A stretch of DNA of 64,000 bases from Limisphaerales bacterium (lineage in GTDB: Bacteria > Verrucomicrobiota > Verrucomicrobiia > Limisphaerales > JAJOIW01). Positions 30,970 to 41,538 of this stretch are shown here, one piece after another. The notes below the pieces were generated by a model. The model was not told the DNA's origin, did not search any database, and saw only the letters and a program-made list of their open reading frames with translations. How positions within the stretch are numbered: position 1 is the stretch's first letter; every line of letters begins with the position of its first letter. The stretch is from positions 79,217-143,216 of the forward strand of contig CBFHOE010000006.1 in NCBI GenBank assembly GCA_965657355.1, given 5' to 3'. The translations under genes were made by a program, and so were the position numbers.

Positions 30970-32808
30970 TTAAGAAGTGATAAATGCCGTTTTTTTATTT
31001 GCTTCCCTCTTTCTCATATTGGCGTCGAGAATTTTCTTACGAAGCCTCAGGCTAGAAGGCGTAATTTCTACAAATTCATCATCACCTATATACTCGAGTG
31101 ATTTTTCAAGACTGAGCTTTAATGGGGTATCCAAAATGATGCCTTTGCCATCCCCACTAGATCTCATGTTTGTCAGTTTCTTTTCTTTTGTGGGGTTGCA
31201 AGTCATGTCCTCCGGGCGAGAATTTTCACCGACGATCATTCCCGGATAGACAATGTCTCCTGGTACGACCATGAGCTTGGCTCTTTGTTGGAGTGTATCC
31301 AATGAATACGCGGTGACTTTTCCTGATTCCATACTGACTAAAGAGCCGCTCTTTCTAGCCGGTATCTCACCTTTATGCGGTGCGTATTCATGGAAGAGGT
31401 GACTCATGATTCCTAAACCACGTGTCGAATTCACGAGCTCGGTTTCAAATCCAATAAGACCTCGCATCGGAATGATGGCTTCGAGAATAACCATGTCATC
31501 CTGATGCTTCATGTCGTTTATCTCTGCTTTACGAAAAGCGAGAGATTCCATAATGCCACCCAGGCAATCATTTGGAACTTCACAAAAAAGCTGCTCGAAG
31601 GGCTCGAGTATTTTCCCATTGTCATCCTTTTTAAAAATAACCTCTGGCCTACTCACCAAGAGTTCAAATCCTTCACGCCTCATTTGCTCGACTAACACAG
31701 ATATCTGCATTTCTCCTCTGCCTCTGACTTCAAAAACAGTTGGAGAGTTGGTGTCATTGAAGCGGAGGCTAATATTGGTCCGAATCTCTCTGACTAATCG
31801 TTCACGGATATGCCTCGCAGTGAGCAATTTTCCTTCCAACCCGGCGAGAGGCCCGTCGTTGACACAAAATTGCATACAAAGCGTGGGCGGATCTACCGGA
31901 ACAAATGGGAGGGCTTCGGTTTCTTCGGTTTTTGCAAGAGTTTCCCCCAAATAAACCTCCTCGCAGCCAGTCACTCCGACGATATCACCAGCAAATGCTT
32001 CAGTAATTTCGATACGCTTAAGACCATTAAAATGAACCAAACTTGAAACTTTTGAAGTCGTTTTTGAACCATCTCCGTGAAGCACAACAAGGGGATCCCC
32101 CACGGCTATTGATCCACCTAGAATTTTTCCAAAAGCGATTCTGCCGAGGTAATCAGAATAATCCAAATTGGCAACAAGGGTCTTAAACTCACTGTTGTCT
32201 TCAACTCTAGGAGGTGGAAAATACTCCGTGATTGCTTCAAATAGAGGCTCAACCGAATCACTCTCGTCTTCCAGTTCACGCTTCGCATAGCCATCTTTTG
32301 CACTTGCATAAAGAACTGGAAAATCTAATTGGTCCTCATTGGCTGCCAAATTCAAAAATAAATCAGAAACCAGGTCGACGACTTTACCTGGGTCTGCATT
32401 TTCACGGTCGATTTTATTAATCACGACCATTGGCTTAGCACCCGATTCCAGTGCTTTGCGTAAGACAAATCTCGTTTGCGCCTGAGGACCTTCGTAGGCA
32501 TCAACGACCAGGATCACCCCGTCAATCATGTTCATGATTCGCTCCACTTCACCTCCGAAATCCGCGTGTCCTGGAGTATCCACCACATTGATGAAAAAGT
32601 CTTTAAATCGAAATGCAGCATTTTTTGCTCTTATTGTAATTCCCTTTTCTCTCTCGAGATCCATGGAATCCATAACGCGGTCTTCAACAGCCTGATTTGA
32701 CCTGAAAAGGCCTGACTGCTTCAGAAGACAATCAACAAGTGTTGTTTTGCCGTGGTCGACGTGAGCGATTATCGCTATATTTCTTATATTTGATGCCTGT
32801 TTACTCAT
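30970..32808 (-). CDS. typA: Translational GTPase TypA/BipA
   Basis: IRNIAIIAHVDHGKTTLVD, EREKGITI, DTPGHADFGGEVER, NKID, KKLTNMRSSG. Confidence 0.96.
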   Translation of the reverse strand: MSKQASNIRNIAIIAHVDHGKTTLVDCLLKQSGLFRSNQAVEDRVMDSMDLEREKGITIRAKNAAFRFKDFFINVVDTPGHADFGGEVERIMNMIDGVILVVDAYEGPQAQTRFVLRKALESGAKPMVVINKIDRENADPGKVVDLVSDLFLNLAANEDQLDFPVLYASAKDGYAKRELEDESDSVEPLFEAITEYFPPPRVEDNSEFKTLVANLDYSDYLGRIAFGKILGGSIAVGDPLVVLHGDGSKTTSKVSSLVHFNGLKRIEITEAFAGDIVGVTGCEEVYLGETLAKTEETEALPFVPVDPPTLCMQFCVNDGPLAGLEGKLLTARHIRERLVREIRTNISLRFNDTNSPTVFEVRGRGEMQISVLVEQMRREGFELLVSRPEVIFKKDDNGKILEPFEQLFCEVPNDCLGGIMESLAFRKAEINDMKHQDDMVILEAIIPMRGLIGFETELVNSTRGLGIMSHLFHEYAPHKGEIPARKSGSLVSMESGKVTAYSLDTLQQRAKLMVVPGDIVYPGMIVGENSRPEDMTCNPTKEKKLTNMRSSGDGKGIILDTPLKLSLEKSLEYIGDDEFVEITPSSLRLRKKILDANMRKREANKKTAFITS

Positions 32809-32841
32809 TTTTAGAACACATTTTGTATTCAGCAGCCCAGC

Positions 32842-32869
32842 ACAGTACCCATATGCTGAAAAAGGTCAA
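32842..32869 (-). promoter_or_regulatory. Putative sigma70 promoter of typA
   Basis: TTGACC-N16-TACTGT on the minus strand ~35 bp upstream of the start. Confidence 0.4.
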
Positions 32870-32930
32870 GCCAGCTGAGTGTCATTTAGGCAAAAATGCG
32901 GTCGATTTTAAACTATTAAAAAGATTTTTA

Positions 32931-33260
32931 TTAAAAGAAAATGGCCAACCAAATCGTATGTCTTTGGCTGGAAGTCGATTTTACCCTGTGTTTGGTATGT
33001 GCTGGAATGAATATGGCTTCCCCAGTATTTAAATAGATTTCCTTTGGTGGGGATTGAAACTCCAATATTCCCTGCCCTTGAATGACCGTTACCCACTCAT
33101 TCTCGGACTGGTCATACCAAAAATCTTTGCTTGAAGACGAATTGTTGGATGTGATTCTTTCAATTCTTACTTTTTCACTATCAGCAGATAATATCTTTTC
33201 GATTTTTTCAAAACCTGGAGACACCTCCAATGGTTTGAGAAGGTCCATTTTTGAAGTCAT
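32931..33260 (-). CDS. Cupin domain protein
   Basis: RIERITS, WYDQ.ENEWV.V.QG, IPAHTKHRV, IWLAIF. Confidence 0.8.
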   Translation of the reverse strand: MTSKMDLLKPLEVSPGFEKIEKILSADSEKVRIERITSNNSSSSKDFWYDQSENEWVTVIQGQGILEFQSPPKEIYLNTGEAIFIPAHTKHRVKSTSSQRHTIWLAIFF

Positions 33261-33283
33261 GACATGAAGCTAATTGAGGAAAA

Positions 33284-34282
33284 TCAGTTCGTGGTAATAT
33301 TATACTGTTTGACCATTAACTGCGAATTGGAAGCTGTCAGGGCCATGATCCATTCATCGTAAGACTGGAATCTATGTGACGGCTCTTTTTGCATCGCGCG
33401 GTATATCGCATCAGAGGTCTCCTGAGTTATAGCAGGATTCACGTGATTAGGTGGCGTGAGAGGAGTGTGGACATGGGCAGCGACAACGTCATTCATATCC
33501 TCTGCTTCGAAAGGAACGTGCCCAGTTAAGGCATGGTAAAGCGTCCCTGCCAGACTATACATATCAGATAAAAATGTCTCCGGCTCTCTTCTTACTTTTT
33601 CGGGTGCAATATAGTAAGGAGTAGCCCAGATTTCACCGCTATCATCCTGTTCATCGGCAGATCCAGCTAAGCCGAAGTCGACGAGTTTGGCCTCTCCGTC
33701 AGAGTCGAATAGAATATTATCAGGCTTGATATCCCGGTGAAGAATATTGTGCTGCAGGGCTTTGTTCAAAGCGTGACCGATCTTTAATCCCACATCGAGC
33801 ACATTTAATTCGGGAACAGCCCCGTCTTTACGAATCCATGAATCTAAACTTCCATTGTTCGCCAGTTCCATCGCCAAATAAAGCTGGTCATTCCAATAAT
33901 CAAAAGAATAAACATGGATGATATTTGTATGGTTCAGAGAAGCCACTACTCTCGCTTCTCGAAAAAATCCCTCAAGCGCTTCCTTATCTTCGTGTAGTTG
34001 GGGCTGCATTAATTTTATTGCAACCGTTCTTTCCAGCATTGTATCCCATGCATTGTATACCGTTCCCATCCCTCCAGAGGCTATAGGCGCTTTAAGCTCA
34101 AAATGGCGAAGTTTTACGGGCAGCATAACAAGGCCTCCGCATTTGGAGCATGGTGTGGTCTCAAATTGACGAAGATCAGATGCAATGAAGGAGGAGCTAC
34201 CACAACTCGGGCAGGTGACCATCTTCAATGATGACTTCTTTTCCGCGGGTTTCGCCGCAGGATTGTTCATTTCGTCGCTCAT
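33284..34282 (-). CDS. Cytoplasmic Hanks-type Ser/Thr protein kinase with N-terminal zinc ribbon; start likely ATG 34282
   Basis: CPSC...CSKC; GGMGTVY, VAIK, HRDIKPDN, DFG, TPYYIAPE. Confidence 0.9.
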   Translation of the reverse strand: MSDEMNNPAAKPAEKKSSLKMVTCPSCGSSSFIASDLRQFETTPCSKCGGLVMLPVKLRHFELKAPIASGGMGTVYNAWDTMLERTVAIKLMQPQLHEDKEALEGFFREARVVASLNHTNIIHVYSFDYWNDQLYLAMELANNGSLDSWIRKDGAVPELNVLDVGLKIGHALNKALQHNILHRDIKPDNILFDSDGEAKLVDFGLAGSADEQDDSGEIWATPYYIAPEKVRREPETFLSDMYSLAGTLYHALTGHVPFEAEDMNDVVAAHVHTPLTPPNHVNPAITQETSDAIYRAMQKEPSHRFQSYDEWIMALTASNSQLMVKQYNITTN

Positions 34283-34356
34283 TCTAAATCTCAGTGTTCG
34301 GGAAGATATATCATCAAGCTGGATCGGCACAAGGCAACATCCACCTATTTTTTAAT

Positions 34357-34380
34357 AAAAAAGCCCGGCTGGTGCCGGGC
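34357..34380 (-). terminator. Intrinsic terminator of the 2287-aa gene
   Basis: GCCCGGC-4nt-GCCGGGC hairpin followed by T6 on the minus strand. Confidence 0.8.
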
Positions 34381-34412
34381 ATGACCATATTTTATGTTTT
34401 TAAAAAATTAAT

Positions 34413-37400
34413 CTATTGTGAAAGAGATGGCGTCTGTGGTGCCTGTCTTGCGCGGAAGAATGTTGTTTCATGGTCGAATTTAGCTGTCGGTGCCCATAAT
34501 GTTTGAAAACGGAGCAATTGGACAGAACCTGCTTCGAACCATTGATTGAGGTCATGAGAATATTCCATGACCCATTCATCACCAGGGAATCCTGATAGGA
34601 AAAGATTGAGCAATTTTAGATCAGAATTATCTGGAGAGGGGCGACTCTGCTGAGCTGCTGGAATAAATGGAACCAATTGTATGACAAAAGGTTGTGTCCT
34701 TCTGATGTCAATGGCTTCTTGGGTATCAAGATTTTGTTGAGAAACGGGCACCGATTGTGTGATTTTATAACGGAAATAGGACTGCCCCTGCCCCGATGCT
34801 ATGTCTGGCATAGCGTCATCAGGTAAATCAGCTCCGTAGGCAGCATTATCCGACCTTAAAACGAAGTGGATCTGAGATGAACTTCCGATGCTTGAAGTCG
34901 GTATTTTCCATTCGTGTTGCAAATTCGAGTAAGCATGCGGAATTGCACTAATAAATGCCCAACTCCAGTCAGTTCCACTGCCGGAGTATTGAAAAAGAAA
35001 CTGGCCTTGCAGCAAAAAGTCTCCGCCAATCCCAAGATTTCCATTTCCTCCCCGATACCCAGTGGCTGAAGAGACGTCGGAATCCAAAAAGACATTGTAT
35101 GCCCATCCTATTTGAGCATCATTTTCAATTCTCATGGCCAGAAGAAGGTCTTCGGGAGTGTGACCCATCCAAATTTCTCTAAAGTCGAGTGTCGTCTGAT
35201 TCTGCTGACTAGAATCAATTGGATCAGACCCCAAAGATGGGATACCGGACCATTCCGTCAGGGACCCATCCAAGGTTATTTGTGCCAATGGATATGATGG
35301 ATACCCACTCACAGGCTCAGGAATTACCTCAAGACTGACTTTTTGGGACCCCGTTGTTTCCTCGCCATCCGAGGCACTCCAGTAAAATTCATCTCTACCT
35401 AAAAAGGCTGCCCCAGGTGTGTATGTGAGTTCGGGTAATTCACCTGATAATACGCCGTTCATGGGTTGTTCGAGGATCGTGTAGACCAAAGGTTGATTTT
35501 CAGGGTCCACAGCCTTTAGCTCAATAGAAACTGGTAAACCTTCCAGTGTGGAATAATTTTGATCCTGTGCAATGGGAGGCAGGTTCTGACCCTCAGACAA
35601 GAAATTGTAATCGTAAGCCAACCCGCCATCAGGGAAAAAATCCAATGTTTCACCTCCGGGATAAGCGACATTCTCACCATAAAAAATGGACCTGATACGA
35701 CTAGGGTTTCCTATGGACTCTCTTGGAATCGACATTTCAACCACAGTGCCTGAAACAGATTGGAATGTATCCAAAACGAATTCCCATGACCAAGATGTTC
35801 CATTGCCGGAATATCTAAATAATACCCCCTGTTGTATTAAGTAATCGCAACCAAGATTTGCGTATTGAAATCCGGTGGATTGAGAATAGTCAGAATCGAT
35901 ATAGATGTTATGAGCCCAATTTAATGAAATGGGAAGCCATGACTCGTAGGCTATATATAAATTATTTTTATTATGAGCAGTATAAATCACTTTCCAATCA
36001 AGTTCATCTCCTGGTTGTGTTGCATCCTTTGGGTCTAAACCGATAGGAGTAATTCCTTCCCAATCCGTAAGTAAACCATCAATTGTCATATCAACCACTG
36101 GGTTGTTAGGACCAGTCGCTATCGGCTGTTTGATCGTGTAATTTACAGTCGCCGGAGAGCCAAAAAGTCCTTTTTCATCAGCAACTCGATATGTAAATGA
36201 AAAAGTGCCAGCAATGGTGGAATCGTGCTGATATAGGATACCACCCTGGGCCGCAGCGATAATAGCTGCTCCAGTTTGAGGGGCGGTGACGATCTCCAAA
36301 GTAGAAGGATCAATACTTCCACCCGGATCACTGTCATTATTCAAAACACTTATCAATACAGTGCCCCCGAAATCAACAGTCACTGAATCATCATTCAAAA
36401 CAGGGGGAACATTAGTTGGCGCAGGGTCCTGAGACAACTGAACAGTCAAGGCACTCGGCTGAATATTCTCGAGTATCGCACCATCAGGAATGGCATCCAC
36501 TAAAGTGCCACCATTTGCTTCATTATCTCCAATAAAAATAAAGTTAAATGATGGCAGATTGGGGTCACCAAGCCATTCCTTGGGGAAGCTCATCTCTAAA
36601 ACTTCTCCATCAATTGCTTTTGAGGGAGCCCCGACGAATGCCCAATTCCAATCTGTTCCAGTTCCTTGATACTTGAAAACTCCGCCATCATAGATGATGT
36701 AATCAGCTCCAAATTCGTAAAAAACAAATCCAGTCGTGGCGAGCCCATCTGTATCAATAAGAACCTGATACCCCCAATTTAATTCCACAGGATATTCATT
36801 CCTGTAGGCCAGGAATAAATTTTCTGCATCGGACAAAAAGGAGATCTCACGCAGGTCAATCTTATCAACATTGGTAGAAGATTCTTTAGGGTCCTGAATC
36901 ACAATAGCGCTTTCAGGCCAGTCTGATATTTTTCCGTCTATTACAATGGCGTCGGAATCCTCGAAGAAGTATGTGAGGTACTTCAGGCCAGGGCCCGAGG
37001 TGATGCTGTCTGGAATATAGTCTAAATCATTTGGAAAACCGAAAGGTGCGTTACTTCCTTCAAAGGCGTAGTTGATAGCATCGGGCGAACCAATACTACT
37101 CAAAGGAAATGAAATTTCAGCCGTTTGTTCTTTTATTCGAATGTTAATATCTCCGACGTATGACCAAGTCCAATCACTTCCATTTCCAGAATACCGAAGT
37201 AATGTCTTATCATTGATAACGTAGTCGGCGCCGATATCGTAGTATGCAAAACCTGTGGATGAATTTCTGTCGGCATCAATGAACAAATTGTAGCCCCAAT
37301 TCAGACTAATAGGACCTTCATTTTTGTATGCTAAATATAATTCGCCCTCCTGGTGATACATGTGTAATTCTTGTAAATCGATGAGGGCAGAGGGATTCGA

Positions 37401-40400
37401 AAGGTCGGAGGGATCTGTCACTATGGAGTGCTCATTCGGCCAATCGGATAGGTCTCCATCCAAAACAATGCCAACCTGAACGTCCACAAGTGAAGAAACA
37501 TCTATGGTAAGCTGAGAAGTAGAGGTGGCTCCGAATTCGTCTTCTATGGTATATGCAAAAGAGTCCGTCCCCTCAAAGTCTTGAGGAGGCGTATAAGCAA
37601 CAAAAGACTGAGAGAGCAAAACGCTTCCTCCCTGGGATGAGCTACCACTGACAGATTGGATAGCTAGTATCCCATTTTCTGGGTCCTCGTCATTTCCAAG
37701 AAGAAGAGTATGTGAAATCAATCGTCTCGCGTTTACCCCAGAGGTCAGGGTATCAGGAGCAGCAAGAGGAGGTAAATTGGTTTGGCCTGCTGATGCATCC
37801 GGCAAGGATGCCAGACAAAGTGTCAGTAAAGGCTCGAGGGTGTTCCAGGCTTCGGCATCATCTTCTGAAGCTGTTGAAATTCCAATTTTACCATATTGAG
37901 GGTCATTAGAATCCCCTACCCGGTCTGTTAAAATTTTTTCAGTAATGATCTGGTATGCGAATGATTTTTCGCCCATGAGCAGCGCAATTCTGGCAAGTTG
38001 TGCATATATTCGTGCTTCACCCTCGAAAAGATTCTCATTACCACGAACGAGACAATTCCCGTCAGGCTCAGGGCCACATTCTGGGACATCTCCCCCCTGA
38101 AAAGTAAGATACTCAGGGACTCTTCCGTTTTGCAGATAAAAATTCTTGAAGAATTGGTAACCTCTCGCGGCGGCACCTGCGGCCAAAACTCGCTTTGTAT
38201 CTTTCAAGACATAAACAGGGATAGAGGAAACTCTTTTGAGGTGAAGGATAGTCCAAAGCTCTTGAATAACTTTTAGGTTTTCTCCCTGTCTTTCGCCGGG
38301 ATATTCGAAATCACCAGTGAAAGCATTATTTTCGGTATAACCATTATAAAATAATCCGGGAGATCCGGGAATCTCGGAATTCAACAATAGATCTACCGAA
38401 GAAGAAAGAACAGGTTCCCACCTCGGCATTTGTTTCGCTGCCAAGGCCATCGTTTCCAGGTCCTGGTAATCCACAGGTATGGGAAACGTACCGAGCCTGC
38501 CCAGACCCGATGCTTCCGCTGGCGGGCTCAAAGTAGGGTCATCTTGATCAGCCCAATCCCATGAATAACCAATTAAGCCGTCAGCGTATTGAGGAAATAT
38601 AGGCGCCGCTCCACGAAATCTATCGGTTACACTGGTCCAATAAAGACCATTCAGAATGGTTTCAGCTAATTCCTGCGCCTGGTCATTTCCCATTCTCTCC
38701 GCACCTTGAAGTAATCCTCTAACGATCCTAAAATCGTCCAGAGGAGCGTTGGCCGCAAACCACACATCTTGTCCATCCAATGAGTCTTTTTGAAGAAACC
38801 TTTCGAGGTTTATCTTGTCCATGGACCAACCGGGAACGCTATAACCTTTCGACAATAAAACGTCCTGCACAAAAGTGACCGCTTCCTGGAAAGCTTGCTC
38901 ATTTTTGGTTAGTGCTGTGACCCTCAAAAGCAAGCCCATGTGCTCAGCTGTCACGTGGTGACCACCAGTGTAGACTGCGGTTGAAAAATTATTGTCTTTT
39001 AGGTTAGTGGGAACACCGTATGAATATGGGGGCTCAGTTTTTCCTGTAGCTTCCCGCATCGTTTTTAGAATAAAATTTAAGCCGGACTGGACTACTTCTT
39101 CAATTTCTGATGAATCATAAACTAACTCTGCCGTATTGGGGATAACATTCAGATTGGATGCTGATAGCTGGATCTTAACCAATGCAAATTGTTCAACAGG
39201 TACATCAAACCCAACATGATTCAAATCGGTGCGAGCAAAGGGAATGGATACATCACTCTCGTCTCCGGGGCTGGATAAAGTAATAGATACGACCTCATTA
39301 CCTTCAGGAACAAGATATTGAAGGCTGTATGTTTTTGGTGAGATTTGCATGGGCTGGAGAGCCCCAGAATAATTAAGAATATAGAGGTATTGTTCGTTGG
39401 CTGCATTAACTTTTGAAATATCTATAAAAGTTCCCTTTGGTAAATCTCCTACCAAATCTTCAGTTGTGTGAATCCTTAGTAACTGTTCTAGTTGACCTAA
39501 GGTGGATTGGGCCTTGGATACATTACCACCTTCGAGCGTAAAGAGTTCTGAAGAGATGATGTCTGGCCGATAAATGGCAGCTCCCAGTCCATATTCCATC
39601 AATCTTGCTTTTGATACGGGGTTCCCTCCGAATTGGAAAAGTTCATCGAGCACACTCTGGGATCGTGGCGAGCCGAATTCATCCGAGGTCCCCGGGAGTA
39701 ACCCTGTGGCTATAACCGTTCCTCCCGCTTCTACAAAATTTTTGATATCAGTGGCTTTTTCTTCACTCAGGCAGACAACACTCGGAAGCCATAAAACTTC
39801 CAATTCATCCAGGTCCGATGGTAACGCGGGATCCACAACACATTTATAGGGTATCCCCAACTGATGCAAACCATGCGCTGCCCCGCGCCACGCGCTAACA
39901 TGAGGAAGCTTTATCAAACTCGCTCCTACAAACTGAGCCCACCATTCAGGGTCTTCAACCGGAGGTTGTTCTTGAAGAAACATTCCGTATTTTCCCCCTT
40001 GGGAGTAATCATAATATTCGCGAGTAGGAGAACTAAACCAAACCCCAACACGGGATAATCTCTCTGTTTTGAACAAAGCGTCCTCACGATCTTTGATAAA
40101 TCCATACCATTGCTTTCGCATATTCCCATCCACAGACTCCGTCATGATGGGAGTCTTGGTTTCAAAAGGGATAGTTTTAGTGGCTATTGCCGCGCCAATT
40201 CCAAGCCCAGCATCAGGCACTTCAAAACCATAGGTGAACCCCCAGCTTGGTGTATTTCTATCGACTCCCCTGGCGTATTTATACATTGCAATTCGATTGC
40301 TCACGTCTTCGACATGGGCGTATTTCATTGCCATCCCATTTGAAACACTATCCACTTCCCAAACTCTTATCCACTTGTCTTGAGATTGAAGTCTGGCACC

Positions 40401-41276
40401 GTCAAGCCCAGTCCACAAAGTATCCAAGTAATCCATGGGGTACACTTCTGCTACGAAAAGCCAATTTGGATTGGAAAGAATGGATTCCGTTCTGACCTCT
40501 TCGATAAATTCGGCAAGGTTGATATGGCGCCATTCGAGCCACATCCTGAAATTGAGATCGCTGATGTCAGCCACAGTTGGGAGAGTATATCCTAACCCAT
40601 CGTTGTATCCCTGCAGCTGTGACCAGTTTTCATAAGCAATTTTTGCATTAGGGCTCATATCAGACCAAGGGGAACCCGTATCGAGATAGAGGGGTACGTC
40701 AATCCAGATCCCATCTAAGTCCGTCTCTGTTGCCAATTTTTTAACCCTGGAAATAAAGTAGTTTCTGTAACCTGAATTTGGAGACATCCATGCGCTTTCC
40801 CCTCCAGGAGGAACCCAGTCCTCTTGGCTTCCATAGAAAACATTACTTTCCCCGTTGATTCCAATCTGCAGCCATTCCGGATAGTCTTTTGCAGCGGATC
40901 TAGGGTTGGTTTCCCCGTCGGGTGTTAGGACTTCCAAGGCAGGGTAATACACAACGACCTTCATTCCTGCTGCATGAATAGCATCCGTAACTTGACCAAT
41001 GAAAAGGACCTCGTTTTGAAATTCCTCATCTAACCAATAGCGACTCAGTGAAGTATCAAGCTCAACAATGGATACGTTCTGGTCTTTAAGCCTGGCAACC
41101 GCTGATTCGATAGTAAGCGCATCAGCATTTGATTGGATGCTCAGCCCAGCAATGCGGCCGCCTTTCGCCCATTCAGGGATATTCGCACCTCGTATCGCTG
41201 TCGTGAAAACCACCATAGCTAAAAAAATAACCCTGGCAGCACACAATACCGATTTCCGCATCATAAAACTCAACAT
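34413..41276 (-). CDS. Giant secreted multidomain glycoside-hydrolase-like protein (TIM-barrel GH-like + GH42-type trimerisation-like domain, six-hairpin GH8-like domain, cadherin-like/Ig repeats, four DOMON/CBM9-like repeats)
   Basis: Signal peptide; IHAAGMKVVVY..YPEW..SPNSGYR..DGIWID (TIM barrel); VLWLPSVVCLS..FVEAGG; TAEHMGLLL..NAPLDDFRI; YTPPQDFEGTDSFAYT; four IDG.L.DW repeats. Confidence 0.8.
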   Translation of the reverse strand: MLSFMMRKSVLCAARVIFLAMVVFTTAIRGANIPEWAKGGRIAGLSIQSNADALTIESAVARLKDQNVSIVELDTSLSRYWLDEEFQNEVLFIGQVTDAIHAAGMKVVVYYPALEVLTPDGETNPRSAAKDYPEWLQIGINGESNVFYGSQEDWVPPGGESAWMSPNSGYRNYFISRVKKLATETDLDGIWIDVPLYLDTGSPWSDMSPNAKIAYENWSQLQGYNDGLGYTLPTVADISDLNFRMWLEWRHINLAEFIEEVRTESILSNPNWLFVAEVYPMDYLDTLWTGLDGARLQSQDKWIRVWEVDSVSNGMAMKYAHVEDVSNRIAMYKYARGVDRNTPSWGFTYGFEVPDAGLGIGAAIATKTIPFETKTPIMTESVDGNMRKQWYGFIKDREDALFKTERLSRVGVWFSSPTREYYDYSQGGKYGMFLQEQPPVEDPEWWAQFVGASLIKLPHVSAWRGAAHGLHQLGIPYKCVVDPALPSDLDELEVLWLPSVVCLSEEKATDIKNFVEAGGTVIATGLLPGTSDEFGSPRSQSVLDELFQFGGNPVSKARLMEYGLGAAIYRPDIISSELFTLEGGNVSKAQSTLGQLEQLLRIHTTEDLVGDLPKGTFIDISKVNAANEQYLYILNYSGALQPMQISPKTYSLQYLVPEGNEVVSITLSSPGDESDVSIPFARTDLNHVGFDVPVEQFALVKIQLSASNLNVIPNTAELVYDSSEIEEVVQSGLNFILKTMREATGKTEPPYSYGVPTNLKDNNFSTAVYTGGHHVTAEHMGLLLRVTALTKNEQAFQEAVTFVQDVLLSKGYSVPGWSMDKINLERFLQKDSLDGQDVWFAANAPLDDFRIVRGLLQGAERMGNDQAQELAETILNGLYWTSVTDRFRGAAPIFPQYADGLIGYSWDWADQDDPTLSPPAEASGLGRLGTFPIPVDYQDLETMALAAKQMPRWEPVLSSSVDLLLNSEIPGSPGLFYNGYTENNAFTGDFEYPGERQGENLKVIQELWTILHLKRVSSIPVYVLKDTKRVLAAGAAARGYQFFKNFYLQNGRVPEYLTFQGGDVPECGPEPDGNCLVRGNENLFEGEARIYAQLARIALLMGEKSFAYQIITEKILTDRVGDSNDPQYGKIGISTASEDDAEAWNTLEPLLTLCLASLPDASAGQTNLPPLAAPDTLTSGVNARRLISHTLLLGNDEDPENGILAIQSVSGSSSQGGSVLLSQSFVAYTPPQDFEGTDSFAYTIEDEFGATSTSQLTIDVSSLVDVQVGIVLDGDLSDWPNEHSIVTDPSDLSNPSALIDLQELHMYHQEGELYLAYKNEGPISLNWGYNLFIDADRNSSTGFAYYDIGADYVINDKTLLRYSGNGSDWTWSYVGDINIRIKEQTAEISFPLSSIGSPDAINYAFEGSNAPFGFPNDLDYIPDSITSGPGLKYLTYFFEDSDAIVIDGKISDWPESAIVIQDPKESSTNVDKIDLREISFLSDAENLFLAYRNEYPVELNWGYQVLIDTDGLATTGFVFYEFGADYIIYDGGVFKYQGTGTDWNWAFVGAPSKAIDGEVLEMSFPKEWLGDPNLPSFNFIFIGDNEANGGTLVDAIPDGAILENIQPSALTVQLSQDPAPTNVPPVLNDDSVTVDFGGTVLISVLNNDSDPGGSIDPSTLEIVTAPQTGAAIIAAAQGGILYQHDSTIAGTFSFTYRVADEKGLFGSPATVNYTIKQPIATGPNNPVVDMTIDGLLTDWEGITPIGLDPKDATQPGDELDWKVIYTAHNKNNLYIAYESWLPISLNWAHNIYIDSDYSQSTGFQYANLGCDYLIQQGVLFRYSGNGTSWSWEFVLDTFQSVSGTVVEMSIPRESIGNPSRIRSIFYGENVAYPGGETLDFFPDGGLAYDYNFLSEGQNLPPIAQDQNYSTLEGLPVSIELKAVDPENQPLVYTILEQPMNGVLSGELPELTYTPGAAFLGRDEFYWSASDGEETTGSQKVSLEVIPEPVSGYPSYPLAQITLDGSLTEWSGIPSLGSDPIDSSQQNQTTLDFREIWMGHTPEDLLLAMRIENDAQIGWAYNVFLDSDVSSATGYRGGNGNLGIGGDFLLQGQFLFQYSGSGTDWSWAFISAIPHAYSNLQHEWKIPTSSIGSSSQIHFVLRSDNAAYGADLPDDAMPDIASGQGQSYFRYKITQSVPVSQQNLDTQEAIDIRRTQPFVIQLVPFIPAAQQSRPSPDNSDLKLLNLFLSGFPGDEWVMEYSHDLNQWFEAGSVQLLRFQTLWAPTAKFDHETTFFRARQAPQTPSLSQ

Positions 41277-41538
41277 ACCTTATGATGAAATCGGCTAAAA
41301 TTTGTTAAAAATTACCATTTATACATGTTGCACACAAAACTAAAGGAGTGTTTTCCATGAATATTTAGAGAAATGATCTCTACAAAGCTGAATCAGAAGA
41401 GGTTATCAAAAATTGAAAAAATCTTGTGCAGAATTTGTTAAGCTTCGAGAGAGTTTCAATGCCTTATTTTGAGACACCAAAAGACAGTTATAATCCATTT
41501 TTAGATACTAGGGTTTGACCGAATTTGCTAATTGAGGC

